From positions 14,322,001-14,386,000 of the forward strand of contig CATNEN010000039.1 in NCBI GenBank assembly GCA_950097015.1: a stretch of 64,000 nt of DNA, written 5' to 3'. Below the pieces are notes generated by a model that worked only from the letters and a program-made list of their open reading frames with translations, was not told the DNA's origin and searched no databases. Origin of the DNA: Macrostomum hystrix. Lineage: Eukaryota; Animalia; Platyhelminthes. Positions 12,811 to 24,107 of the stretch are shown in pieces (position 1 is the first letter of the stretch; each line of letters starts with the position of its first letter). Position numbers and translations under genes: made by a program.

Positions 12811-13177
12811 GGAGAGTGAATGGCAGAGCGGTTATCGCGCTTGCCTCTCGCACCAAGGTCCCTAAGCTCGATTCCGCGGCGAGGCCACATTCATTTTGGG
12901 GCGCAGCCGCGGAGAGAAGGCTTGGAAAAATGCCATGCAATTTACGCCCTTGAGGGCCAACCTCCAAGGCACAGTGAAGTGTACTCTGCCTGACGACGAG
13001 GAAGTCAGGGCAGATGTACACCGCTGTGTGAGTGTGTGCCTGTTTATGGTATATGCACGTGCTTGTGTGCTCAGGAGTCAGCGAAATGGGCAGAATTGTC
13101 TAGTCTAGTATGATCAGATGATGCGCCATTGCCCCAGCCCCAGGCTGCAATAGTTACCTCAATAATTATTTATTATC
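12811..13177 (+). mobile_element. tRNA-derived SINE, family 1
   Basis: TGGCAGAGCGG A box, GCTCGATTCC B box, same body and ATT tail as 991-1357. Confidence 0.8.
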
Positions 13178-14229
13178 ATTCTTAGTAAGTACCAAAGTTA
13201 CTTAATATGCTTCTAGGAAGGCATCGTGGAAGGCAATTTGCTCTTCCGTCGTTTAAGAACTTGAACACAAAGGCTTAAAGTCTTTACTGTGTCGCATTGT
13301 GAAGTAGGCAATAAAAAATAAGTTCTTTTGTTATTGGACTCGTGCGCAATGCTATGCGCTATCGCGTTTGGCCAATATTTCACTCCGTTACCTACTATGC
13401 TCAATCCACCATAGCAGCATAAATCAATCGATTTAAATTCGTTGAGATCAACCAGCTGAGCAATAGCTATACAGCCGGCATAATACTGCGATTGAACTGT
13501 AAGAAATATTTAAACATACAATACAATCTACAATAAACGTTCATCTACTGCATTATGAGCTGAATTTAAACATGCAGTCCTTTATGGTTTGAGCAAATGT
13601 CAGAAGCATTCTATCCAAGTTAGAGAGCTTCTGTGGAAGAGAGAGACAGTGCCCTACACCAAACTTGCAAATAGCATTTGCTGATTGTTATAATCCTCAA
13701 ATGAAGTTTCTAAATAGCAAGGCATAGCAGAGAACTGAATATATAAAGGGATAACTTGACATATTTGGCCAAATTCAGTAGCATGTGCTGAAAAAATGCT
13801 GTTTGTTCATAAGCGATGCTATGTATTAGCTGGCGGCTTAAAGTTTGGCCTTTTTCTAGGCTTTCTACAAAGGCCTCACGATAAACAGTAAGAACGATAA
13901 GAATAACTAATGAAATAAATGCCATAGTTACCGGTGAGTACTCCTATTTAGAGGCTTCGGCAGAACTCGTTGGCTTATTGGAAAGGAACTTGAATATGGA
14001 AATTTCTACTGAGTTTCAGTAGTTAAAGAATAAAGCGAAGTTAGTATATGTGCTGTTTGTAACTGGCTCAGACCTGCGAGGTAATAGAACAGATACACGT
14101 ACAATAGCACATAAGAGTGTGACTGAAAAAAAGAACAATAATTCCGATGGGGTTGGAGGAACACTACTATTTTTTGAAAAGCTCTAATTTTTCGTGTGGA
14201 TTGACTGGCCAATTGCTGTTAGCGGGTCC

Positions 14230-14415
14230 GAGGTGGGTGTCAATGTTACTGTTTGGTGGGTGCGTGGCGGAGGGTGGGTGTGTCGTGGCCATTGGTCGGG
14301 GTGGGTGTGTGGGCCTTTTAGCCTCGGCCCCTTGTGGCTTGCGTTTTTATTCGTGCTCATCATTCGTATGACTCCTGCTTCTCCCTCAGGCTCACCCGCT
14401 AATTATATGCTAGTA
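14230..14415 (-). mobile_element. Possible terminal-repeat fragment of a DIRS/Ngaro-like element
   Basis: The minus strand reads ggagtcatacg...cacccaccc...cacccaccctccgcc, resembling 63600-63710 upstream of the SAP ORF. Confidence 0.3.
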
Positions 14416-14899
14416 AGTAGTGAGAAACGGACATTTCTAAAAACACTTGTTCTTGACTATTTTTACCGAAATTCGGAATTGCATTCATTACTGTATCAAT
14501 AGAGAAAGGGAGCACAGTAAAGGCTATACTGCGATAATCTGTGAGATCAAGCAGCCTCTAAAATGGTCAGCTACATACAGACCTGAGATTCCTTGCAGTC
14601 TCAATAGCTAGCCAAATAAATTAGTAGCTGGTCCGATGGTCCGATGGCTAAAGTCTGATTGGGAGTTTTTGCGGTAGTGATGTGATTACTTAGAGACTTC
14701 AAGCTTATAAACCCTCATAGAACCCGTGAAAGAATTCCTTCAGCTTCGAGAGTCGCCGCGAATTCCTTACTATTGGTGGCGTCACGACGACAATGTTGGA
14801 TTACCAACCAAATGGCGATTTGCTGAATGTTGTTTATCATATCTTTAGTCGATAAAGGGCCTGCCAACGAGGAATTTTTCGAAAAGTGACATTTCCAAG

Positions 14900-15170
14900 C
14901 CGCTTAGCTCAGTTCCCATAGCTATCCACTATTGTCCACTATTGTGGATAATCCAGTTACAGATTTACTCTCAGTGCTTTTTTACTTTTAATAGCCAGAA
15001 ATTACAATATTGTTATGACAGTACTTAAAATTTCTACCCCTAGTACAGTTTCAATAAGGCTCAAGCAGTATTATGATACTGAAGCATGGCAATCAAAACT
15101 AAACATTAATTAATTTAATTTTATAGTCAAGTAGCCCAGTCCTAGAAAACGGAATGGCAAGCATTAAGTA
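14900..15170 (+). repeat. Dispersed duplicate of 42056-42328 (3' flank of MCT paralogue 3)
   Basis: Near-identical ~270 bp ending ...cctagaaaacggaatggcaagcattaagta. Confidence 0.92.
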
Positions 15171-15207
15171 TTATTATTTATTATTATTATTTTTATTAAT
15201 ACGGCGC

Positions 15208-15595
15208 GGTGCCGCACCGCAGACGCATCTGGACGCTCGGCATGCTGCTGACCGCATCCAGCATCGCAGCCTTCGCATTCATGCACAGCCTGACACCGTT
15301 CGTTCTCGTTTCCGTGGCGTTCGGCCTCACCTCCGGCCTGTTCATGAGCCAGCTCTACTGCATGCTGATTGACTTGCTCGGGCGAGACCGCTCGCGCACG
15401 GGCCTCGGCCTGCTGATCCTGTGCTTCGGTGTCGGCATGGCCATCGGTCCGCTGCTAGCCGGAGCTCTGAAGGACGCCACCGGGTCCTATCAGCTGTCAT
15501 TCTGTGTTCTCGGGCTGTCTACGTTCCTTCATCTTTCTGTGCGCCCTGGACATTGCTCTGTCCATTCGCAAGAGGCAGCGGGGAACGCAAAGCCC
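15208..15595 (+). pseudogene. Partial copy of exon 3 of MCT paralogue 2, frameshifted
   Basis: Near-identical to ~26130-26521, with a 5-bp deletion (GGCTT) at ~15529. No splice acceptor or upstream exons. Confidence 0.9.
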
Positions 15596-16089
15596 GAATC
15601 CAACTTTAGAAATATCTATGGGATAAATTTATGAAGTCCGATATTTGTGTATTTTTTGTACTCTAGGTAGAACCAAAGTGCTATCCTCATTCTACTGTTA
15701 CACTAAGCACTGTTAGCAACAGCAGCTTGTTTGTACATCCATCATTTTATCGCCTATACTAGCTGTTCTCGTTATTACCTGAGTCTTCTGTCATATTTTA
15801 TCTTGCTAAGCTGTGCCTTTTATTTAGGTAGCAGTCCGCTAACTTCCTCTGAATCAATATTGTTATTCAATTTCAGCATTGGTTTATTTCGTTAGTTTTT
15901 CAATCCAATCTAGACTGCACAAGTTTTCATCGACTGGACGCTCTGGTCATAGCGGTGAGCTGGAATAGTAAATTTTCGAAATCCCATTCGAAATTATTTC
16001 GAAAAGTGCTCGTCTTTGAGGACTTAGTAAATTTCTACGCACTACTGCCTGGTGACTGCTCAGTTCATTGTGATGGTCATCATGGTGCT

Positions 16090-16950
16090 TCAACAGCCGC
16101 AAATGATTGAGATAGCTGCAGGGGCGGTGAAGGTAGCGGAAATGGCAGCCATGCAAGTGGATACGGGAATCGACAAGAGAAGCAATTTAGGCAGAGACGA
16201 CAACGCCAACCCATCAGCATGCGGGAACAGGGGTGATAAGCACTTGGTGAGCAGCCGCCAGCAGCTGGTCACCAGCTTGCGCCGCCATGATATCATCCTT
16301 TGTCCAGGCGGGAGGCAGCTGAGTCACCGCCGCCTGGCTTGGCGCGTCCACTACAACGTTTTCGCGACCATGCCTGAAGGAACTGGACGGGTGTGAGGTG
16401 TTCGAGGTGTTTCTCACGGGTGTGAGAAACTCTGGGAACTGGACTGGTCGGGCTTGGAGTGAGGTGGCTGCGAGGGTCCGGGAAGGAAGTTGACGGGTCT
16501 GAAGTGTCGGGCTTGGAGTGAGGTGGCTGCGAGGGTCCGGGAAGGAAGTGGACAGGTCTGAAGTGTCGGGCTTGGAGTGAGGTGGCTGCGAGGGTCCGGG
16601 AAGGAAGTGGACAGGTCTGAAGTTTCGGGCTTGGAGTGAGGTGGCTGCGAGGGTCCGGGAAGGAAGTGGACAGGTCTGAAGTGTCGGGCTTGGAGTGAGG
16701 TGGCTGCGAGGGTCCGGGAAGGAAGTGGACAGGTCTGAAGTGTCGGGCTTGGAGTGAGGTGGCTGCGAGGGTCCGGGAAGGAAGTGGACAGGTCTGAAGT
16801 GTCGGGCTTGGAGTGAGGTGGCTGCGAGGGTCCGGGAAGGAAGTGGACAGGTCTGAAGTGTCGGGCTTGGAGTGAGGTGGCTGCGAGGGTCCGGGAAGGA
16901 AGTGGACAGTGTGTCTGATCTCCCTGGCCAACTCAGGAAGCTGCACCCAA
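16090..16950 (-). mobile_element. Condensed Ty3/Gypsy pol remnant
   Basis: LPELAREIRHTVHFLPGPSQPPHSKP (pre-RT), SHTREKHLEHL (RT, after the YxDD motif), HGRENVVVDAPSQ (RNase H N..AD.LSR) and IMAAQAGD. Confidence 0.65.
16447..16909. repeat. 59-bp minisatellite, ~7.8 near-perfect copies
   Basis: Unit GTCGGGCTTGGAGTGAGGTGGCTGCGAGGGTCCGGGAAGGAAGTGGACAGGTCTGAAGT starts at 16447, 16506, 16565 ... 16860. Confidence 0.97.
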
Positions 16951-18147
16951 CAGAGAGTTTACTGCCTGCGGCCAGTACTTCCACTCAGGCCTGACGAATA
17001 CGAGCTACATTCTCGGTGCCGGGTGTGGGGCGCACTCTAACTAGTCATTCCCGGCAGGCCCGTAAGACGAATTTTTTTAAAAAATCTGTCGGTTAAATTT
17101 CATCTGCTAAACAGAAAATAAAATTCTTGAATGATAATATTTTTTTATCGTGAATTTAAAAACTTCTAAGAATAGAAATAATTGCAATATCCTAAATAGT
17201 GCAAAAGCTCAAAAACAACGAACAACTGAGAAAATATTATGCTGGGAAATACATACGGATATTATTATTTTAAAGTAGCATAAACAATATAAACATTATG
17301 TTGGGACACATTCGAGCAGCTCGATTTCCAATTTAGAAAAAAACGGATTTAAAGTTTCGAAACCCAGTTCCTCGCCATAAAGACACGGCGATGAAGTACA
17401 AATTAAATAACAAGTAACTACACTGTGTGGTTCTAGAATGCCCGCATCGACTGGCGCAGGTCGCTTGGCGATGTCATATAGTGTGGCCCCTCATTTCAGA
17501 GATTAGCGAAGTGTTTGTTTTTAGGGTGTTTGTTGCCATGGCAACGCAAAATCTCCGCTGTGCCAACAGAATTGCATATATTCGATAGGCCAAGATGTGT
17601 TAACGTTTTTTATACCAACCGCCTGCAGATATGATAATGAGGTGCAAAACTGCAAGCGTTTTAGAGTAAAAAAATGCCAATCCGTGTTGCGATCGGTTAA
17701 GATTCATTCACACGTTCGTGAACCCACTGAGCCGCACCCTGGGGGGCAAAGGCAACCTAAACCGAGGGAATCTGTGACGGTTACCAGCTTTTCGCTTTCG
17801 TTTTTTTCGCGAAGAAGGGTTTCCCCCTTCTTCCCTTTCGCTTTTGCTGGTGACGGACGGTTTCCCCCCTGCTGTTTTTTTTTGCAGGGTAGGTGGCTGC
17901 TAAGCGTCTGACTGCTGACTAAGCGTCAGTCGCCCATCGACAGCCTGTGTTGCAACTGGTACCACACGGGTTCACGAGCGCTGGCCCAGTAGGGGAGGGT
18001 GAGCGGTGCCGGCTGTCAACCCGACCTGGCACCGTTATCCCAAACCTGCCACCAGCCCCCGCCCCTGATTTTGCAGAGTGTGGACTGGGGGCCGCCCGAG
18101 CCTCGCAAGGGAGCAATCCCTACCGAAAGACGGCAACCCAAAGCCCA

Positions 18148-19200
18148 ATGCTGTTTACCGCGGCGGAGGGTAGCTTCCTCGGAAGCTGGCTAGGGGTTTA
18201 TCTAGCCCCCGACCGGTTACCCACCCATTTTTCTATATTTTTCGCCTCACCTTTCCAGCGCTGCATGAGTACTACAACAAATCCTGACTCGGCTCGGGAG
18301 CCGTCAATTCCCGCGGACGGGGGTCCGTCTATCCCCCAACCCTCCAACCCGGAGGAAAACCCAACTGCCGCGAACACCGCGGTAAACTCTCAGCTCCAAC
18401 CCGGAGCACTCAACTCCACCCCCCTACGGGGTGAGCCCACCGTCGAAGACTACCGCCTCGTCACCCACCGACGGCCGAATAGGCCCAACGTGAAAAACTC
18501 GGAGCGGAAGAGGCAGCAGCCGGATGACCGCACCGCCACCCCCCTTGACCCGAAAAGAACAAAGGGCAAAGAGACCACCGGCTCGTACGCCAAGGTTGCG
18601 GCCGAGCCGAAGTTTAAAATCTGCATCCGCGCCGAAAGCGGAACGCTGAGCGAGACCCAGACGACAGCTGCCACCAACAAGATCGACAGCTTCCTCTGGG
18701 ACAATGACACACTCGACATTCAGATCGAGTCGATTCGCTACGCCAACGGCAATATCATCCTCACCTTTAAGGACGAGGCTTACCTGGAGAAGGCGCTCGC
18801 CTGCCTCCAGTGTATCGAGTGGGACCTCGACGACTTGGCCCTTCCCAAGATCGTCGTTGAGCGAGCCCGCCCCCCGCCACCGTGCAAGCGTTACCGAGCC
18901 TTCTACTCGGGCCCGAGAACTATCGAGGAGATCCGTGCGCGACTCCTCAGCAAACACCCCGACCTACCGCAGGACGGAATCCGGGCCTTCAAGGAGGTCC
19001 CCGCCAAGGATGCAGCCGGCAAGACGCTCTACATGGGACTGTCTGCCGAATGGGAGGCCGCCCTGCAGAGGAGCGAGTTCGCCGTCTACATGGGAGCGTG
19101 GAAGGTCGTTTTCCACATCCTGTCCAGGCGCAGGCACACCGGCGGCGAGCGACGCCGAGGGGAATCCGAGAGCTCGGATGGCTCAGAGAACGATGCGTAA
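18148..19200 (+). CDS. LINE ORF1 (LOA-type, DUF4780-like; start ATG 18148 or 18265)
   Basis: Open frame ending 30 nt before ORF2. Low-complexity basic N-terminus, SYAKVAA motif, no CCHC knuckle. Confidence 0.8.
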   Translation: MLFTAAEGSFLGSWLGVYLAPDRLPTHFSIFFASPFQRCMSTTTNPDSAREPSIPADGGPSIPQPSNPEENPTAANTAVNSQLQPGALNSTPLRGEPTVEDYRLVTHRRPNRPNVKNSERKRQQPDDRTATPLDPKRTKGKETTGSYAKVAAEPKFKICIRAESGTLSETQTTAATNKIDSFLWDNDTLDIQIESIRYANGNIILTFKDEAYLEKALACLQCIEWDLDDLALPKIVVERARPPPPCKRYRAFYSGPRTIEEIRARLLSKHPDLPQDGIRAFKEVPAKDAAGKTLYMGLSAEWEAALQRSEFAVYMGAWKVVFHILSRRRHTGGERRRGESESSDGSENDA

Positions 19201-19230
19201 GCATGTTCTCAGCATCATGCCATCTGAAAC

Positions 19231-22200
19231 ATGATGAGGCGTGATCGTCTGAGGGCGGGTCCCACGGGCCAGCCCAGTGATGATCTTTCAACACGCAATA
19301 CTACCAGTAATACACTTTCTTCGCTTACTGGTAACGCGCTAAATCTGCACATTGTCCAGATCAACCTGCATCATGCAACTGCAGCCTCAAATAATCTAAC
19401 CGGCGTCTTCGATGGAAAAGACGTTGATATCTACCTCATTCAGGAACCATATACCCGCAGAGGCAAGCCGGCCTGTTTGCCAAACGGGTACCAAACCCTT
19501 TATTATTGTACCGATGAAACTCCTAGGGCTATTGCCCTCGTGAAAAGTGACATACCAGTCACCATGATGCCCATGTACTGCTCTAAGGACATATGTACCT
19601 TCGCTGCTTTCGACGTAATTCTGGCGTCTGCCTACCTAGACATCCAGGAGGAGGTCCCGCCACCACGCTTGCAAGAGCTGGCTGACTTCTGCAACCTGGA
19701 GAACAGGAAGCTCATCATTAGCTGTGATGCCAATGCCCACAACACTGCATGGTCCAGCAGTGACACAAACAGGAGAGGTGACCTGCTCATTGATTTCATT
19801 AACGCCTCTACCATGCATATCTGCAACAGAGGCAGAAAGCCCACCTTTGTTATTTCTAACAGACGTGATGTTATAGACCTAACCTTGGCCTCTAGTAACG
19901 CCCTGAACCATGTCCAGAACTGGATGGTCAGGGACGACATACCCTCGCTCTCGGATCACTCGTACATTCAGTACCGAATCTCCGCCGAAGGATCCCGCCT
20001 GCCCTGCGCCGACCGCCCCAACCTGAAGAAGGCTGATTGGCCCGGGTTCCGCAGAGACCTAAGCAACCTCCTGGCCGAGGCAACCGAGGCCCTGCAGGGA
20101 ACTGATCTGCCCAGCATCGAAAACCGCTGCAATACTCTCACTAACCTGTTACATACCGCCATTCGTGAAAACGCCCCCAAGGTAAAGCACAGGAAGAAAT
20201 ATTCGCCCTGGTGGAACCCCGAGCTCACCCGCTTGAAAAAGACCTCGCGCCGGCTGCAACGCCTTGCGCACAGCAGCAACACCCCGGTGGACTGGGAGAA
20301 CTACCACTCTGCCCTAAGGATCTACAAAAGCAGCATCCAACGGGCGAAGAAGAACACCTGGAAGGCCTACTGTGCCAGCCTGGAGGGTCAGCACCCTACG
20401 GCACGGCTGATCAGGTCACTCAGGCACGACAACCTCGCTCAGTGCAACTCTCTCCTGCATCTGGACGGTAACTACACCAGCACCGCAGAAGAATCCTTAA
20501 ATCTGTTATTCTCTACCTGTTTTCCACAGGTTGAAAACCCCGAAAATGTGGTGAACGACCACAGACCACAGGATCGCGACCTCTTTCAGCAATGCGCCTC
20601 GCCGAGCCTGCTGAGGCTAGCGGCTGACTCCTTCAAGCCTTTTAAGGCCCCAGGCCCGGACAAGATCAGCCCCTGTATCCTACAGGAGGCGCTTAAACTT
20701 CAGAGTTTCTCTGAAGCTCTCTCAAAATTGATCATTGACTGTTTTGTTACAGGCTACATACCTACCACCTGGAGAACCTCCAGGGTTGTCTTCATCCCCA
20801 AACCTGCGAAGGGCGACTATACCAACGTGAAATCTTTCCGCCCCATTAGCCTCACCTCCTTCTGCGTCAAGCTGATGGAAAGGCTCATTCTATGGAGGCT
20901 CCGAGACTGCGACCTGCGGTCAGCCCCCATTAGTAAGTACCAGTTCGCTTTCCAACCTGGTAAAACTACCGAGCACGCGCTCCATGTTATTACTTCTGCT
21001 ATTGAGAAAGCCATCCTTAGCAAGCAACTCGCTCTCGGGCTGTTTGTTGATATCGAAGGGGCCTTTGACAACGTCAACTTTGGCTCCTTCAGAGATACCC
21101 TTTCAGACAGAGGCGTCAGACCCAGCATAACTCGCTGGATCGACTTCATGATCCGCAACAGATCCGTTACCTCCACGCTCATGAACATCACCTGCACCCG
21201 CGCAGTGATGAAAGGTGGCGCCCAGGGCGGTGTGCTTACCCCGCTGCTCTGGAACCTCGTCATGGACGAGCTCCTGACGGCTGATGTACCTAGCAGTGTC
21301 ACCAGGGCCGGCTATGCCGATGACGTCGCCGCGGTGGTCAGCGGGCCAGACACCAGCACCCTGCGTAACCTGCTACAGCAATTCGCCAACAAGGCAGGAA
21401 ACTGGGCCACCCAGCATGGCCTCAAAATCAGCGTCACCAAGACGGTAGCAATTGTCTTCACTCGTAAGCGTAAGTGGGACATGCAAAACCTCACCATGTA
21501 TGGTAGGAACATCCCTTTCGAAAAGGAAACCAAGTACCTAGGTGTAACGCTCACGCACGATCTGCGCTGGACAAAACACCTTGGAAACATCATCGGACGA
21601 GCAAAACGCTGCTTCGCCCAAGTTCGTAGGGCCATTGGACCGACCTGGGGCCTCACCCCGAGAACGGTCCGCTGGATCTACACCGGTATCATTAGACCGA
21701 GTATTACGTATGCGAGCCTCATCTGGTCCAGCGTACTGGAACAGAAAACCGCCCGCGACCGACTCTACCAGCTGCAGGGCAGCATCTGCCGTGCCATTGC
21801 AGGTGCGTACCCCTCCACCCCATACGAGGGCCTTAATACTATCTTAAACATGCCTCCGCTCTATTTGTTTATTAGGGCGGAGGCTATGAAGTGCGCCTAC
21901 CGGCTTATCTGCGATAAATCCATTAAGAATACGCCAACCGGATTTATTCCTGACAAATCTCTCATTCCGCATCTGGACTATGTCCGCCGTGACCTTGCAC
22001 ACATCCACATCGACCCCAACGATGTGGATAGCCAGCCTCCCTCCCTCATCCTCAGGAGGGGTTTTAGCGCCGTCATCCCTGACCGTGGTAGCACTCAGCT
22101 GGACGTCGGCGTAAACCAGCGCAGCCAGGGTATCCACTGCTTTACCGATGGCTCGCTGAGCAACGGCCTAGCCGGAGCAGGCATTGCCATCTTCCATGAG

Positions 22201-23034
22201 GGTAAGGCGCTCCTTCAGGAGAGCCTTCACCTTGGTGAGAACACGTCGGTCTTCCAAGCCGAAATCTACGCCATTAACCAATGCGCCAAACACCTCCTCA
22301 ATGCCAACGTCAGCAGATTCAACATCTGCATCTATTCTGACAGTCAAGCCGCCCTCAAGGCTCTGTCTGCCGTCAAACTCTCCACTCGGACGGTCTCTGA
22401 CTGCCACCGAGACCTGCAGTCACTCGCGGTCCTTAACAGGATCAGCCTAATCTGGATCCCAGGCCACAGCAACATCCTTGGCAACGAACTCGCGGACAAA
22501 CTCGCCAAGGATGGCAGCAACCCGGACAACAACCACCGCCCGATCAGGGTACCGGTACCTAAATCCCTCATCAACCGCACTGTTGACAGGTGGCTAAATC
22601 AGCAACACCAGCTCCACTGGAGTAGCTGCACCGACTATAGGCAGACCCGTATGGCCATGCCGATCATTAACCGAAAAGTCTCTGACTTTTTGATTTCACT
22701 TAATAGAACTGACCTCAGGGAGATGTGCATGGTCATCACGGGCCATGGCTTCTTCCAGAGACACATTTCGCTACAAACTGGCTGCTCCCCCACCTGTCCC
22801 TTCTGTGGCATAGGTAAAGAAACCGCTGCGCATCACGTGACATTCTGCCCCTACTTCGATAAGGCGCGCAACTGGCACCTCGGCCACCCGCAAGGGATGG
22901 ACGAACTGACCACTCCGGACAACATCCGAGACCTTCGCGCCTTCGTCCGTGACACCGGCCGGATGAAGGTCGCCGACGCCTCCCCGGCGAACCTGCCGAC
23001 TGCTGGCGTGGGGTGGGCGCACCCCCAAGGCTGA
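19231..23034 (+). CDS. LINE ORF2: AP endonuclease - reverse transcriptase - RNase H - CCHC (1267 aa)
   Basis: QINLHH, IQEP, DANAH, SDH (APE); KAPGPD, FRPISL, QGGVLTPLLWNL, YADD, YLG (RT); WGLTP...WIY; FTDGS, FQAE, SDSQAAL, WIPGH, GNELAD (RNase H); CPFC..H...C. Confidence 0.97.
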   Translation: MMRRDRLRAGPTGQPSDDLSTRNTTSNTLSSLTGNALNLHIVQINLHHATAASNNLTGVFDGKDVDIYLIQEPYTRRGKPACLPNGYQTLYYCTDETPRAIALVKSDIPVTMMPMYCSKDICTFAAFDVILASAYLDIQEEVPPPRLQELADFCNLENRKLIISCDANAHNTAWSSSDTNRRGDLLIDFINASTMHICNRGRKPTFVISNRRDVIDLTLASSNALNHVQNWMVRDDIPSLSDHSYIQYRISAEGSRLPCADRPNLKKADWPGFRRDLSNLLAEATEALQGTDLPSIENRCNTLTNLLHTAIRENAPKVKHRKKYSPWWNPELTRLKKTSRRLQRLAHSSNTPVDWENYHSALRIYKSSIQRAKKNTWKAYCASLEGQHPTARLIRSLRHDNLAQCNSLLHLDGNYTSTAEESLNLLFSTCFPQVENPENVVNDHRPQDRDLFQQCASPSLLRLAADSFKPFKAPGPDKISPCILQEALKLQSFSEALSKLIIDCFVTGYIPTTWRTSRVVFIPKPAKGDYTNVKSFRPISLTSFCVKLMERLILWRLRDCDLRSAPISKYQFAFQPGKTTEHALHVITSAIEKAILSKQLALGLFVDIEGAFDNVNFGSFRDTLSDRGVRPSITRWIDFMIRNRSVTSTLMNITCTRAVMKGGAQGGVLTPLLWNLVMDELLTADVPSSVTRAGYADDVAAVVSGPDTSTLRNLLQQFANKAGNWATQHGLKISVTKTVAIVFTRKRKWDMQNLTMYGRNIPFEKETKYLGVTLTHDLRWTKHLGNIIGRAKRCFAQVRRAIGPTWGLTPRTVRWIYTGIIRPSITYASLIWSSVLEQKTARDRLYQLQGSICRAIAGAYPSTPYEGLNTILNMPPLYLFIRAEAMKCAYRLICDKSIKNTPTGFIPDKSLIPHLDYVRRDLAHIHIDPNDVDSQPPSLILRRGFSAVIPDRGSTQLDVGVNQRSQGIHCFTDGSLSNGLAGAGIAIFHEGKALLQESLHLGENTSVFQAEIYAINQCAKHLLNANVSRFNICIYSDSQAALKALSAVKLSTRTVSDCHRDLQSLAVLNRISLIWIPGHSNILGNELADKLAKDGSNPDNNHRPIRVPVPKSLINRTVDRWLNQQHQLHWSSCTDYRQTRMAMPIINRKVSDFLISLNRTDLREMCMVITGHGFFQRHISLQTGCSPTCPFCGIGKETAAHHVTFCPYFDKARNWHLGHPQGMDELTTPDNIRDLRAFVRDTGRMKVADASPANLPTAGVGWAHPQG

Positions 23035-23603
23035 GGCCACCTTCCTTTTACCTTGGGGTTGCGATAGGGGCCTCGCGGCCTATTCGCGGCGTCTCGCCCC
23101 CCGCCAGTAGTAAGTAGTAAGTAAGAGCCGCACCCTGGCCAAGAATAAAGACATTGGCCTTGGCCTTCTTGACTTCGTGCCTAGCAAGTGCCGCGTCGTG
23201 CCAAGCCCATGGCTATGAACATGGACTGTGACTAACGTCTCGCAAGCCAGTTTGTGCTTCCGAGTCGAAAGGTTAACAAGGTTCTTCAAAACTCTGGGTC
23301 TGCATATGACGTGGTATGCTGCCACGAATATCCGATTCCAGCGAAGAAATTGTTTGGCTGGTAAATAGCTTGCATATCCAACCCAGAACGAGTTGCATTG
23401 CATTGTATATCGTCGTCCCGCTATATTCCTCATGCACATAAATAAAGAATTTTTCAGCTGAACTTTAAATCCAATCAATGAGCGGGTGAAAAAATTTATT
23501 CATGTCTTAAGACTAACGTCATGACTTATCGGACTGGATAAAACTGCTCAGCTCAGCCAAGCCAAGTGTTTCGAGTTTGTAGACACAAGACAATAGACAG
23601 GAC

Positions 23604-23992
23604 TTACTTTACTTATTTGCAGGGGGCGGCAGCTCTGCAGTGCCCCTAACCCAGGCACGCACACACACAGAGCAGACCAAACCAGGGTAGGACTTAGATG
23701 CCTGAAGGGTAGGGACGGTACACACTGGTGCACACCCGCCCCATCCCCATACAACGCCCCACACCCGGCCCAACGCACAAACACAAACATAAACAAGCAG
23801 GCATGCAGAAGGCAGGGGTTAAGCTATTTTAAATTAGCTTTGGTTACACAGAATAAGGTGCATCTCCGCAAGTCACTACTTCGCAAACCTCCAACTAAGC
23901 GCCGAAATCATCGTGACTTGGAGGGAGGAACGAACCAGCGACCATTGGAAAGTGAGACAGCGACACTAGCCGCTGACCCACTCACCCCCCTC
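23604..23992 (-). mobile_element. tRNA-derived SINE, family 2, with 11-bp TSD
   Basis: TSD ATAGACAGGAC at 23593-23603 and 23993-24003. Head GGGGGTGAGTGGGTCAGCGG...GGTTCG, tail ATAAGTAAAGTAA. Confidence 0.9.
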
Positions 23993-24107
23993 ATAGACAG
24001 GACAGGACCATTGGCTCATTAACAGCTTAGCCAAGTCACTGAGCGTAATTAAGCTATTTCTGACCACAAGACATCAGTAAATAAGAGCTGCGAGTCTGAG
24101 AGCACGC

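Larger units (their letters stand above)
17743..23124 (+). mobile_element. Full-length non-LTR retrotransposon, LOA/Lian-like clade, with 14-bp TSD
   Basis: TSD GAGCCGCACCCTGG at 17729-17742 and 23125-23138. Two intact ORFs, a 3' stem-loop and a (GTAA/GTA)n tail. Confidence 0.95.
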
